Assembly: GCA_963843845.1 (NCBI GenBank)
Contig: CAWJMB010000005.1
Span: forward strand, 32,001-96,000
Reading direction: 5' to 3'
Source: an uncultured Gemmatimonadaceae bacterium
GTDB lineage: Bacteria > Gemmatimonadota > Gemmatimonadetes > Gemmatimonadales > Gemmatimonadaceae
Length of the DNA: 64,000 bases
In this document: piece after piece, positions 1 to 10,120 of the stretch
How positions within the stretch are numbered: position 1 is the stretch's first letter
Layout of the letters: every line of letters begins with the position of its first letter
The notes under the pieces: generated by a model
Database searches by the model: none
The model's input: only the letters and a program-made list of their open reading frames with translations
Told to the model about the DNA's origin: nothing
Position numbers and translations under genes: made by a program

Positions 1-1382
1 CCGACAGTCACAAGCTCTGGGGCGGCCGCTTCGCCTCCGGCCCGTCGCCGATCCTCGAGGCGATCAACCGCTCGATCGGCGTCGACTTCCGACTGTGGCC
101 GTTCGACGTGCGCCTGTCGCAGGCGTGGGCGCAGGCGTTGGGCGAGGCCGGCGTGCTCACCGCCGGCGAGAGCGCGACACTCGTGCGCGGACTCGACGAG
201 GTCGCGGCGCAGCTCGCGGCGGGCGCGCAGCCGACGGCGGCCGACGAGGACATTCACACGATGATCGACCGCCTGCTGCACGACGCGGTCGGGTCGGTCG
301 CGTCGAAGCTGCACACCGGGCGCAGTCGCAACGACCAGGTCGCGACCGGCACGCGCCTGTGGACGATCGACGCCTGCGCGCGCCTCGACGCCGCCGTGCG
401 CGAGGTGCAGCAGACGCTGATCGAGCGTGCGGCGCAGGTCGAGGACGTGCTCATGCCCGCGTACACGCACATGCAGCGCGCGCAGCCCGTCTCCGCCGCG
501 CACTGGCTGCTCTCGCACTTCTGGCCGCTCGAGCGCGATCGCACGCGCGTCGCCGCCGCGGGGCGCGCCGCGAGCGAGCTCCCCCTGGGCAGCGGCGCGA
601 TCGCCGGCTCGGCGTTCCCGGTGTCGCGCGAGGCGATCCAGGCTTCGTTGGGCTTCCGCGGCGTCATCCAGAACAGCATGGACGCCGTCGGCGACCGCGA
701 CTTCATCGCCGAGCTGCTGTTCGCCATCGCGCTGCTGGGCGCGCACCTGTCGCGGCTCGCCGAGGACCTCATCCTCTACGGCTCGAGCGAGTTCGGCTTC
801 GTCCGCTTCGGCGACGGCTTCTCGACCGGGTCGAGCATGATGCCGCAGAAGCGCAACCCCGACGCGCTCGAGCTCGCGCGCGGCTCTGCGGCTCGCTTCC
901 TCGGCTCGCTCGTCTCGCTGCTGGGCACCCTGAAGGGGCTGCCGAGCGGCTACAACAAGGACCTGCAGGACGACAAGCGCGCGCTGTTCGATGCGGTCGA
1001 CACGATGCTGCTCGTCCTCCCCGCCGTCGCCGGCACGCTGAGCGAGCTGACGTTCCAGCCGGCGCGGATGGAGGGAGCGCTGTCGAGCGCGATGATGGCG
1101 ACCGACCTCGCCGACTATCTCGTGCGCAGAGGCGTCACCTTCCGCGAGTCGCACGGCGCCGTCGGCGCGCTCGTCCGACGGGCCGAGGAGGCCGGCATCG
1201 AGATGACGGCACTCCCGCTCGACGCGTTCCGCGCCGCACATTCGCAGTTCGGCGACGACGTCCTGAGCGCGCTGTCGCCGCGCAGCTCGGTCGCACATCG
1301 TGAAGCGACCGGCGGCACCGGCCCGAACGCCGTCCGCGCACAGCTCGACGCCGCACGACAGACCCTATCCCGAATCGACTGA
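1..1382 (+). CDS. argH: Argininosuccinate lyase (5' end lies outside the window)
   Basis: In-frame KLWGGRF at the window start, LHTGRSRNDQ, GSSMMPQKRNPD signature, YNKDLQDDK. Confidence 0.97.
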   Translation, partial: DSHKLWGGRFASGPSPILEAINRSIGVDFRLWPFDVRLSQAWAQALGEAGVLTAGESATLVRGLDEVAAQLAAGAQPTAADEDIHTMIDRLLHDAVGSVASKLHTGRSRNDQVATGTRLWTIDACARLDAAVREVQQTLIERAAQVEDVLMPAYTHMQRAQPVSAAHWLLSHFWPLERDRTRVAAAGRAASELPLGSGAIAGSAFPVSREAIQASLGFRGVIQNSMDAVGDRDFIAELLFAIALLGAHLSRLAEDLILYGSSEFGFVRFGDGFSTGSSMMPQKRNPDALELARGSAARFLGSLVSLLGTLKGLPSGYNKDLQDDKRALFDAVDTMLLVLPAVAGTLSELTFQPARMEGALSSAMMATDLADYLVRRGVTFRESHGAVGALVRRAEEAGIEMTALPLDAFRAAHSQFGDDVLSALSPRSSVAHREATGGTGPNAVRAQLDAARQTLSRID

Positions 1383-1390
1383 GGAGTCCC

Positions 1391-2347
1391 ATGTCACAGA
1401 TCACCGCGACCGACTGGATCTGGCGCGACGGCGAGTTCATTCCGTGGAACGACGCGCAGATCCACATGCTCGCGCACTCGGTGCAGTACGGCTCCGCGAT
1501 CTTCGAAGGCGTCCGCTCCTACGAGACGCCGCGCGGCCCGGCGATCTTCCGCCTCGAGGACCACCTCAAGCGGCTGCTCGGCTCGTGCAAGATCTACCGC
1601 ATGGACGTGCGCTTCTCACTCGACGAGCTCGGCGGCCGCGTGCTGCGAGCTGGTCGATCGCAACACCATGCCGGGAAACACCTACATCCGTCCGATGGTG
1701 CTGCGCGGCTACGGCGCGGTGAGCATGGTGCCGTTCGCGAGCCCGGTCGAGGTCTACGTTCCCTGCTGGCCCGCGGCGGCGTACCTCGGGGACGGCGCGC
1801 TCGAGGACGGGGTCGACGCCTGCGTGTCGACGTGGCACCGCGTCGCCCCGAACACGATCCCGGCAGGGCGAAGATCGCCGGCAACTACCTGAGCGGGCAG
1901 CTGATCAAGATGGAGGCGATCGCGAACGGCTTCAACGAGGCGATCGCGCTCAACACCGACGGCACGATCAGCGAGGGCTCCGGACAGAACGTCTTCCTCG
2001 TGCAGAACGGCACGCTCTACACCTCGCCGATCGACGGCACGCTGCTGCACGGCATCACGCGCGACACGCTGATCACGATCGCGCGCGAGGCGGGGATCCC
2101 GGTGCGAGAGCAGGTGTTGCCGCGCGAGGCGCTCTACACGGCCGACGAAGTGTTCTTCTGCGGCACCGCCTCCGAGGTCACGCCGGTCCGCAGCGTCGAC
2201 CGCATCCCCGTCGGCGACGGCAAGCCGGGCCCGATGACGCTCCAGCTCCAGCAGCAGTTCTTCGACGTCGTCCGCGGCGCGGTCGAGGACACGCACGACT
2301 GGCTCACCTACGTGCGCGAGGCGCGGCCGGTCGCGCAGCCTGCCTGA
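1391..2347 (+). CDS. ilvE: Branched-chain amino acid aminotransferase (two compensating frameshifts, about 1635-1870)
   Basis: [43 protein letters not shown]; middle segment (YIRPMVLRG) is in the alternative frame 1668-1892. Confidence 0.93.
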   Translation: MSQITATDWIWRDGEFIPWNDAQIHMLAHSVQYGSAIFEGVRSYETPRGPAIFRLEDHLKRLLGSCKIYRMDVRFSLDELGGRVLRAGRSQHHAGKHLHPSDGAARLRRGEHGAVREPGRGLRSLLARGGVPRGRRARGRGRRLRVDVAPRRPEHDPGRAKIAGNYLSGQLIKMEAIANGFNEAIALNTDGTISEGSGQNVFLVQNGTLYTSPIDGTLLHGITRDTLITIAREAGIPVREQVLPREALYTADEVFFCGTASEVTPVRSVDRIPVGDGKPGPMTLQLQQQFFDVVRGAVEDTHDWLTYVREARPVAQPA

Positions 2348-2508
2348 CGGTCCTGCCTGACACGATGCGTGCGGGGTGTGGGCGCGACGTCACGCGCCGC
2401 ACGCATGGTGGCGCGGGCGGCGCGGGCGGCGCAGGCGGCGGGGGCTGGTCGCCCGTGTCCTCGTGAACGTCGACGACGCCACATCGACGCTCTCACCCGC
2501 GATCGCTC

Positions 2509-3144
2509 ATGCCGACAATCGACCCGCGCGTCGACGCCTACATCGCGAAGGCTCCGGCCTTCGCGCAGCCGATCCTCACGCACGTCCGTGCGGTGATCCA
2601 CGCGGTGTGCCCCGACGTCGTCGAGACGATGAAGTGGAGCGTGCCGCACTTCGACTACCAGGGCCCGATGTTCCAGATGGCGGCGTTCAAGGAGCACTGC
2701 CGCCTCGTGTTCTGGAAAGGTGCGCTCCTGTTCGGCGACCCGGCCGCGACGACCACGGACGGTGACGTGTCGGATGTGCCCGACGGCAACTCGGCGGGCC
2801 CCTACGGCCGCGTCACGTCGGTGAAGGACGTCCCGAAGAGCGCGTTCGGCACGTACGTCCGGAAGGCTGCCGCGCTGAACGCGTCGGGCGTCAAGGTCGT
2901 GAAGGCGCCGAGGTCCGCGAAAGGCGAGACCGTCGTTCCCGACGACCTCGCGGCCGCGCTCGCGCAGGCGCCGCACGCGAAGGCGAAAGCAGCGTGGGAC
3001 GCCTTCAGCCCGAGCCACCGCCGCGAGTACGCCGAATGGATCGGCGAGGCGAAGGCGCCGGCCACCCGGCAGCGGCGACTCGAGCAGACGCTCGAGCAGC
3101 TCGCCGAGGGGAAGTCGAAACACTGGAAGTATCAGCGTTCCTGA
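2509..3144 (+). CDS. YdeI/OmpD-associated (DUF1801) family protein
   Basis: DPRVDAYIAK, ETMKWSVPHF, PSHRREYAEWIGEAK..TRQRR. Confidence 0.85.
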   Translation: MPTIDPRVDAYIAKAPAFAQPILTHVRAVIHAVCPDVVETMKWSVPHFDYQGPMFQMAAFKEHCRLVFWKGALLFGDPAATTTDGDVSDVPDGNSAGPYGRVTSVKDVPKSAFGTYVRKAAALNASGVKVVKAPRSAKGETVVPDDLAAALAQAPHAKAKAAWDAFSPSHRREYAEWIGEAKAPATRQRRLEQTLEQLAEGKSKHWKYQRS

Positions 3145-3409
3145 CCGACACGACCAGTCACCGGTCCGGGGTGAACGAGAGAGTGCCGGCGAGCCGGTGC
3201 GACGCTGCGCTCGCAGTCCCACCGCGGCGACACGGCGGCTGAACGGGGGTGATGCGGCGCCGAGTGAGCGGACGGGGGAGGGCGGTTATGTTCGCGCGTC
3301 GCCGGGTGACGTGGCGCCCTGGCTCGCAGCGACGCACCCTGAACGCGTCAGCGGGTACGAACCGAGCGCGTGATCCGCGTGATCTCACCAGACCGTCTCC
3401 GAGGCACGG

Positions 3410-4276
3410 ATGTCATACCACACCCCCGGCACCCCGACAACGTCAGGCACTTTCCGGGCGCTCGCCGCCGTCGCCTCGCTCGCGGCGCTCACCGCGTGCA
3501 GCAGCATGTCGACCGCGATCGAAGCGACGACCGGGGCGAGCGCCGCGATCGCGGTCGCTCGCTTCGACGTGCAGAACTCGGCGCAGCTCTCGGGCGGCGG
3601 CGAGAATCAGCCGATCCGCACGGTGATCACAGACAACGCGACGTGGACGAGCTTCTGGGCCACGATCTCGGGCGGCGTCGCGGTCCCTTCGGGGCCGGTC
3701 CCGACCGTCGACTTCGCGAACGAGATGGTGATCGTCGCCATGACGGCCGTGCGCCCGACGGGGGGCTATTCCGTGCGGATCGACGGCGTGCGCGAGTACA
3801 CCGACTACATCGCCGCCGACGTCGTCGAAGGGTCGCCGAGCCCGAGCTGCGGAACCGCCCAGGTGCTGACGCGGCCGCTCGACATGGTGCAGGTGCCGCG
3901 GCGCGACAAGCCGGTGCGCTTCGCCGTGCGCAGTACGGTGAACGCGTGCGGCGCGGTGCGATCGGACTCGGTCGCCGTCGGCTACGGGAAGACCGTGAGC
4001 GTCGGGACCGTACGCGTGACGCTTCGCAGAGTCGAGAGCGACAGCCGCTGCCCGCTGAACGCGATGTGCATCTGGGAAGGCGACGCCGCGGTCGCGCTCC
4101 GCTTCGAGAGCGGCGGCACGACGAGCGACGTCACGCTGCACACGCACCCGCGCGGCGGCGTGGTGAGCGCGGTGGTCGGCGGCCGGGAGTTCCGGCTCGT
4201 CGGACTGACCCCGTACCCGAGCGGCCAGGGCGCGCCGGTCGAGAGCGCGTACACCGCACGGCTCACGGTGCGGTGA
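3410..4276 (+). CDS. Lipoprotein with PrcB C-terminal-like domain plus a DSRCP-motif domain
   Basis: Lipobox LTAC; PTVDFANEMVIV..RPTGGYSVRI; ESDSRCPLNAMCIWEGDA. Confidence 0.7.
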   Translation: MSYHTPGTPTTSGTFRALAAVASLAALTACSSMSTAIEATTGASAAIAVARFDVQNSAQLSGGGENQPIRTVITDNATWTSFWATISGGVAVPSGPVPTVDFANEMVIVAMTAVRPTGGYSVRIDGVREYTDYIAADVVEGSPSPSCGTAQVLTRPLDMVQVPRRDKPVRFAVRSTVNACGAVRSDSVAVGYGKTVSVGTVRVTLRRVESDSRCPLNAMCIWEGDAAVALRFESGGTTSDVTLHTHPRGGVVSAVVGGREFRLVGLTPYPSGQGAPVESAYTARLTVR

Positions 4277-4310
4277 GCGGCCGCGTCAGGCAGTCGCTCG
4301 GCCCGAAACG

Positions 4311-4344
4311 CAGAACGGGGCGCCCGTGAGGGCGCCCCGTTCTG
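4311..4344. terminator. Perfect 15-bp hairpin between convergent genes, probable intrinsic terminator
   Basis: CAGAACGGGGCGCCC-GTGA-GGGCGCCCCGTTCTG. Confidence 0.8.
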
Positions 4345-4357
4345 TCGTGCAATCGAA

Positions 4358-4573
4358 TCAGTGACCGCTCGGGCGCGTCACGTTCTCCGCCGCCGGACCC
4401 TTCTGGCCCTGCACGATGTCGAACTCGACGCTGTCGCCCTCGGCGAGCGTCTTGAAGCCCTGGCCCTGGATCGCGCTGTAGTGAACGAAGCAGTCCTTCG
4501 TGCCGTTGTCCGGGGTGATGAACCCGAACCCCTTCGCGTCGTTGAACCACTTCACCTTGCCGGTCGTACGCAT
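4358..4573 (-). CDS. cspA: Cold-shock protein
   Basis: [39 protein letters not shown] upstream. Confidence 0.95.
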   Translation of the reverse strand: MRTTGKVKWFNDAKGFGFITPDNGTKDCFVHYSAIQGQGFKTLAEGDSVEFDIVQGQKGPAAENVTRPSGH

Positions 4574-4717
4574 GTCCTACTCCTGTGGATGTGCAGTTGT
4601 CCAGGGAGCGGAACAGGCCGTACCCCGACAAACTCTCCGCGGGACTCGGTATCCCCCGCGCTTGGATCACCTCGCCGAATTCCGGCGAGGCGGCGACAAT
4701 ATACGGAGAGTCCGGGA

Positions 4718-4750
4718 ACAAACGGAAGGGAGCCCCTGCGACGGGGCTCC
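4718..4750 (-). terminator. Intrinsic terminator of the outer-membrane protein gene
   Basis: GGAGCCCC/GGGGCTCC stem (4729-4750) followed on the minus strand by CTTCCGTTTGTT. Confidence 0.65.
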
Positions 4751-4757
4751 GGGTCGG

Positions 4758-5327
4758 TCAGAAGCGGATGCCGACGACGAGCGGAATGAAGCCCGTGTTG
4801 CTGCCGTCGGTGAAGACCGTGTGGTACCGCGCCTCGATGAAGACGTCGAGCCCGCTGAGCAGGATGTTGAGCCCGCCACCGACGTTCGCCCCGAGGTCGG
4901 TCTGGCGGTCGGACGCCCCGACGTTCGAGTCGAACTTCGAGCTGTAGAACCCGAGGCCGCCGATCAGGTACGGGTTGATCATCGAGCCCGGTTTCACCGC
5001 GGGGCCGACGATCGCGTTCCCCGTCAGGCCGAGGATGTTGGCGTTGCCGTCGATGGTGCCGCCGCCGTCGAGTCCGAAGCGGTTGTACATCCCCTCGACA
5101 CGGATGCCGACCGGCGAGACCGCCGGCTTGAACGCCACGTGCGCGGACACGTTGTACCCGCTGTTGAATCCGTCGCCGAAGTCGCCCGTGGGGAGCGCGA
5201 GCCCGGCCGAGACACCGATCGTCGGGCGCGACGTCGCCGAGGGCGAGCCCTGGGCGAAGGCGGTGGCGGCGCACAGGAACGAACCAGCGACCGCGGTGAC
5301 GAGCCGAAGCGAACGAGAGTGCATCAT
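4758..5327 (-). CDS. Outer-membrane beta-barrel protein
   Basis: Signal peptide ending AFA, amphipathic strands, PYLIGGLG, C-terminal GIRF. Confidence 0.85.
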   Translation of the reverse strand: MMHSRSLRLVTAVAGSFLCAATAFAQGSPSATSRPTIGVSAGLALPTGDFGDGFNSGYNVSAHVAFKPAVSPVGIRVEGMYNRFGLDGGGTIDGNANILGLTGNAIVGPAVKPGSMINPYLIGGLGFYSSKFDSNVGASDRQTDLGANVGGGLNILLSGLDVFIEARYHTVFTDGSNTGFIPLVVGIRF

Positions 5328-5428
5328 CGAACCTCGTGTGCGAGAGGGACTGCGAGAACGGCTGCGTGAGCGTCCGCTCTCAGAGCACGACTCGTACCTT
5401 CCCGCGTCGCGTTCGGTGATGCGCGTCG

Positions 5429-5851
5429 TCAGCCGCCCGCCTTCCGCACCCCCGACACGTAGTAGTCGGTCTCGCCGAAACACGACGTCGGCACGCCGCG
5501 GTGCTCCTCGTAGCTGAGCGTCACTCGCTCGCCGGCGAGTGCGTTGATCGCCGCCGCGACGCTGTCGTCCCGCACCGAGTAGTAGAACAGTTGCGGGGCG
5601 ACGCCGGGGGCCGCCGTCATCGCGAGCTCGCCCTCCCACGTCTTACACAGCCATCCTTTCCTCGAGAGCTTCTGGTTGTATCCCGTGCGGTCGCCCTCCG
5701 AGTAGCTGTACGCGAGCGTGCTCGTCACCCAGATCGCGAACGCCGCCGCCGGCACGCCGATCAGCGCCGCCGTCGACGCGCCGACCCAGTGGCGGCGGAG
5801 GAAGCCCTTCTGCCTTCCCGTGCGGACGATGGTCGGGCCGTCGGTTTCCAT
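5429..5851 (-). CDS. Conserved hypothetical membrane-anchored protein
   Basis: One TM helix, then YSEGDRTG..KLSRKGWLCKTWEGEL and CFGETDYYV. Confidence 0.7.
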   Translation of the reverse strand: METDGPTIVRTGRQKGFLRRHWVGASTAALIGVPAAAFAIWVTSTLAYSYSEGDRTGYNQKLSRKGWLCKTWEGELAMTAAPGVAPQLFYYSVRDDSVAAAINALAGERVTLSYEEHRGVPTSCFGETDYYVSGVRKAGG

Positions 5852-5960
5852 GATCCCGTGATTGGCGTGAAGTCGTTCTCTGTGACGCGACCGAGAGTGC
5901 GTGACTATAACCCGCGCCGTTAGCTTGAGAAGCTACGGAAGTCACCTCCGCGATGCCCCT

Positions 5961-7204
5961 GTGAACGTCACGCCCTTCTCTCCGCGCCGCCCGACCGTCA
6001 CCGCGCGCGTCCGCTCCGTCGCCGTCGGCTCGGCGCACCCGGTCGTCGTACAGTCGATGACGAACACCGACACGGCCGACGCCGCGGGCACGGCCGCGCA
6101 GGTCGCGGCGCTGTTCCAGGCCGGGTCGCAGATCGTGCGGGTCACGGTCAACAACGACGAGGCCGCGGCCGCCGTGCCGGAGCTGCGCGCCCGGCTCGAC
6201 GACATGGGGCTCGACGTCCCGCTCGTCGGCGACTTCCACTACAACGGGCACCTGCTGCTCGCGAAGTACCCGGCGTGCGCCGACGCGCTCGACAAGTATC
6301 GCATCAACCCCGGCAACGTCGGCTCGCGCCACCGCGACGCGAACTTCACGACGATCGTGCGCGCCGCGATCGAGCACGACAAGCCGGTGCGCATCGGCGT
6401 GAACTGGGGCTCGCTCGATCAGGGGCTCCTCACCGCGATGATGGACGCCAACGCGCGCGTCGGCCACGCCGCGCGACGGCCAAGGACGTCTACATCGAGG
6501 CGATGCTCGAGAGCGCGCTCCGATCGGCCGCGCTCGCCGAGGAGGTCGGCCTCGCGCACGACCGCATCCTCATCTCGGCGAAGGTGTCCCAGGTGCAGGA
6601 CCTCGTCACCGTGTACCGCCGTCTCGCGGCGCGTTGCGACTACCCGCTGCACCTCGGCCTCACCGAAGCGGGGCTCGGCACCAAGGGCGTCGTCGCGTCG
6701 ACGGCCGGGCTCGCGATCCTGCTCGGCGAGGGGATCGGCGACACGATCCGCGTCTCGCTCACGCCGAGGCCCGGCGGGGACCGCGCGGAGGAGGTGCACG
6801 TCGCGCAGCAGATCCTCCAGTCGTTAGGCCTGCGCAGCTTCGCGCCGCAGGTGACGTCGTGCCCCGGCTGCGGGCGCACGACGTCGACGTTCTTCCAGGG
6901 GATGGCCGAGGACATCACCGGGTACATCCGCGAGCAGATGCCGGTCTGGCGCACGCGGCATCCGGGCGTCGAGGAGATGAACGTCGCGGTGATGGGGTGC
7001 GTCGTGAACGGCCCGGGCGAGAGCAAGCATGCGAACCTCGGCATCTCGCTGCCGGGCACGTTCGAGGAGCCGAAGGCGCCGGTCTACGTCGACGGGGCGC
7101 TGTTCACGACGCTCAGAGGGGATCGGATCGTCGAGGAGTTTCTCGTGATTCTCGAGGAGTACGTGGCGCGGACGTACCCGTCGCTCGAGGGGGCGGCGGT
7201 CTGA
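5961..7204 (+). CDS. ispG: (E)-4-hydroxy-3-methylbut-2-enyl-diphosphate synthase (frameshift near 6470)
   Basis: [65 protein letters not shown]. Confidence 0.95.
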
Positions 7205-7957
7205 TCGACGGCGGGGTCGGTCCGGCGGGGTCGGTCCGGCGGTGACGATGCACCGTGACGACGCGGGCGATACGGCGCTGGCGGTGACGCGCTGACGAGA
7301 CGGCGTGGGATTCGGAACGAGCCCGCCTAACGGACCGGGGACGACGCAGGCCGCGCCCGGCGCCAGCACCCCCGGGTCGTCGGATGCCCTGATCGCGCGC
7401 TCGGCCTCGCGCACCATCTGCGCAGGGCCGCTCAGCGTCACGACGCGCGGCACCGCCGTCGGCGCTCCCATGACGATGCGCCCGTCACGCGACGCCAGGT
7501 GCCGCATCGCCAGGGTCGCCGCCTGTTCGGACGTGAGACAGTTCAGGACGACGGTGCGGGCGTCAGCGCCTGGGGCGACCGCAGGTGCCGTGGGAAACGC
7601 GAGGCGCGCGGCCAGCACGGCGCACGCGGCGAGGGCGCCGACCGCCCCGACGATGGCGAACGGTCGGGCGAGCGGCGGGCGACGATCGCAGGCCTGCCCG
7701 ACCGGCGCACCGCGCGTCGCCTCCGTCATCGCGCGCTGCGCGACCACCCCCGCCGGCACCCCCGGCGAGATGCCGTCGAGCAGGTCCGCGACGCGGCGCG
7801 CGTCGTCGCGTAGGGCGGTCACGAGGCCGGCGCACGCCTCGCAGGCGCGGCAGTGCGCGGCGACGCCGTCGGCGTCGCACCAGTCGGTCAGATCGGCGAC
7901 GGCGACGACCTGCCGGCACTGGTCGCACGTCATCGGCGTCATCGCGCTGGGCGTCAT
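7205..7957 (-). CDS. Putative membrane-bound anti-sigma factor (3' end uncertain)
   Basis: Directly follows the ECF sigma gene; CDQC..HCRACEAC zinc-finger-like motif, one TM helix, then a Secretin_N-like segment. The ORF runs on into ispG, so the true stop is unclear. Confidence 0.55.
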
Positions 7958-7962
7958 CGGCG

Positions 7963-8572
7963 TCAGCGCAGAAGCTCGGAGGCGCCCGGATGCCGGGCGA
8001 CGAGATGGGCGCGCACCGCCGCGCGCGCCTTGTGCAGCGTCGCGCGCACCGCCGCCGGCGCGATCCCGATCAGCAGCGCCGCCTCCGACGGGTCGTAGCC
8101 CTGCAGGTCGACGAGGTCGAAGACTTCGCGCTGCCGCGCCGGAAGCGCGCCGAAGAACGCACGCACCTCGGCCGCACATCGCTCCCGGTCGACGCGCAGC
8201 GCCGGGGTCGGTGACGTAGACGTCGCGCTCGGGGCGCGCCGTCGGCCGCGCGGCGAGGCGCGCGCGGCGGGCGACCGTCCGGCGGCGCTGGCCGGCCGCG
8301 TGCCGCACGATGCGATACAGCCACGCGTCGATCGGCGCGTCGCCGCGGAACTGCGCGAGCCGACGGTGCATCTGGATGAACGCGTCCTGCGCGACGTCGT
8401 CCGCCTCGTCCGCGTCGGCGGCGAAGATGAGCGCCCACCGATAGACGACCGGGTGGAGCGCGGTCACGAGCGCCGCGAACGACGCCGCGTCGCCCGTCGC
8501 GGCGTGGGCGACGAGCGCGTGAGCGACGAGCGCGTGCTCCGACGGCGGCGGTGACGTTCGCGTGAGCGGCAT
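7963..8572 (-). CDS. ECF-family RNA polymerase sigma factor (frameshift near 8195)
   Basis: EADDVAQDAFI, FRGDAPIDAWLYRI (region 2); LPARQREVFDL..EAALLIGI..VRATLHKAR (region 4). Confidence 0.88.
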
Positions 8573-8616
8573 GCCGAACATGATGCCACGAACGTCGCGC
8601 GCGTCTACCCGTGAAT

Positions 8617-8680
8617 CGGCGTCGTCGATACGGCGCCGTCGATACCGCGCCGTATCGACGGCGCCGTATCGACTACGCCG
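8617..8680. repeat. 29-bp inverted repeat built from a 14-bp unit
   Basis: Arms 8617-8645 and 8652-8680 with one mismatch; unit GTCGATACGGCGCC. Confidence 0.85.
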
Positions 8681-8689
8681 TCAGTCCGA

Positions 8690-10090
8690 TCAGGCATTCC
8701 GGTCGATGCACCCCGTGAACTGCGTGTTCGTCTTCTCCGAGTCGGGCACCGGGAAGTTCACGTCGTTGCCGAACGTGAACGGCGCCTTGTGGAAGCCGCC
8801 TTCGGGGAACGTCTGGTCTTCGGTGCGCCCGTACTGCCGGATGAGGCGCCGCAGGTCGCCGAGGCGCGCGCCGCGCGCGAACTGCCAGTACGCCTTCTCG
8901 CGGAAGAACAGGTTGATCGCCGCGTCGCGCGTCGCCGGCGTGGCGAGCGCACCGAGCGCCGGAACGCTGAGGTTGCCGAGCAGTTGCGTCGTGCCGCGCA
9001 GCCCGTTGAGCACCGACATCATCCCCGGGACGTCGTTCGCCTGCAGGCGCGCCTCCGCCTCGACGAGTCGCGCGTCGATGCCCGAGACGACGGCGTACGG
9101 CGTCTCGCGCGTCGCGTACGCGTCGGCGCGCACCCACGGCGTGATGCCGTCGAACCCTTTCACCGTGTTGCGAAACGTGCCGGTCGTCGGGACGCGCGGA
9201 TCCTTCGACGACGCGAAGGGGATCGCGTTGCGGACGACCGTCTCGACTTCCTGCACGAGACTCGCGCTGTCGCCGACCGTGTAGCGCGCCGTGCTGCTGG
9301 CCGAGTAGTTCGTCGCCCAGATCGCGTTGTCGCCCGACGTCTGCGCGAACGTGAGCAGGTACTGATAGCTCGTCGCGACGCCGGATACCGCCGTCGCCGC
9401 CTCGGCGAACCGGCCGAGGTCGACGAGCACGCGCCCGCGAGCGATCTGCGCGGCGGTGCGGGCGCGCACGGCGATCGTCCCCGTGCCGGTCCCCAACGCG
9501 ACCGCCGAGTCGAGGTGCGCGAGCGCGAGGGTGTAGACCTCGACGTTCGTGAACGGCTTCGAGTAGCGCACCTCGCCGTTCACCGTCTCGCCGAGGGGGA
9601 TGCCGTTGCAGAAATACTCGGCCATGCTCAGCTCCGTGAAGCCGAGGGCGAAATACATCTCGGCGACGCGGTCCGTCTCGTTCGGGAGGTTCGTGCGGAG
9701 CGAGTTGATCGCGTCGCGGAAGAAGCCGCGCGACTGCGTCATCGTCGCGTAGCGCCCGGTGACCTCGGCGTCGTTCGTCTGGAGCTGCCGCCGGTCCATG
9801 TCGATCCGCTGCGTGAACGTGTCGCTCGTCTTCCACACGTCCGTCATCAGATCGGAGTACAGGCACATGTTCCCGGCACCGCCACAGCTCCAGTTCTTCA
9901 GCGCGCCGATGGCGCCGATGTAGAGGCCGATCGCGCCGGTGGCGCCGGCGTTCTCGATGGCTTCCGGCGTGATGACGCCGGGCTGCTGCGGCTCGAGGAG
10001 GTTGTCCTCGAGGCTGCACGCGGCGAGAGCGAGCGGCGCGAGGGCGAGGAGCCCGGTCGCCGCGCGGCGAACGCGGTTGGTGAGTCGCAT
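8690..10090 (-). CDS. RagB/SusD-family outer-membrane lipoprotein
   Basis: Lipobox LAAC; DARLVEAEARL; RGARLGDLRR; FPVPDSEKTN; downstream of a SusC gene. Confidence 0.85.
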   Translation of the reverse strand: MRLTNRVRRAATGLLALAPLALAACSLEDNLLEPQQPGVITPEAIENAGATGAIGLYIGAIGALKNWSCGGAGNMCLYSDLMTDVWKTSDTFTQRIDMDRRQLQTNDAEVTGRYATMTQSRGFFRDAINSLRTNLPNETDRVAEMYFALGFTELSMAEYFCNGIPLGETVNGEVRYSKPFTNVEVYTLALAHLDSAVALGTGTGTIAVRARTAAQIARGRVLVDLGRFAEAATAVSGVATSYQYLLTFAQTSGDNAIWATNYSASSTARYTVGDSASLVQEVETVVRNAIPFASSKDPRVPTTGTFRNTVKGFDGITPWVRADAYATRETPYAVVSGIDARLVEAEARLQANDVPGMMSVLNGLRGTTQLLGNLSVPALGALATPATRDAAINLFFREKAYWQFARGARLGDLRRLIRQYGRTEDQTFPEGGFHKAPFTFGNDVNFPVPDSEKTNTQFTGCIDRNA

Positions 10091-10120
10091 GATGTGACTA
10101 TGAGGGTCCGCGCGGGGCGG

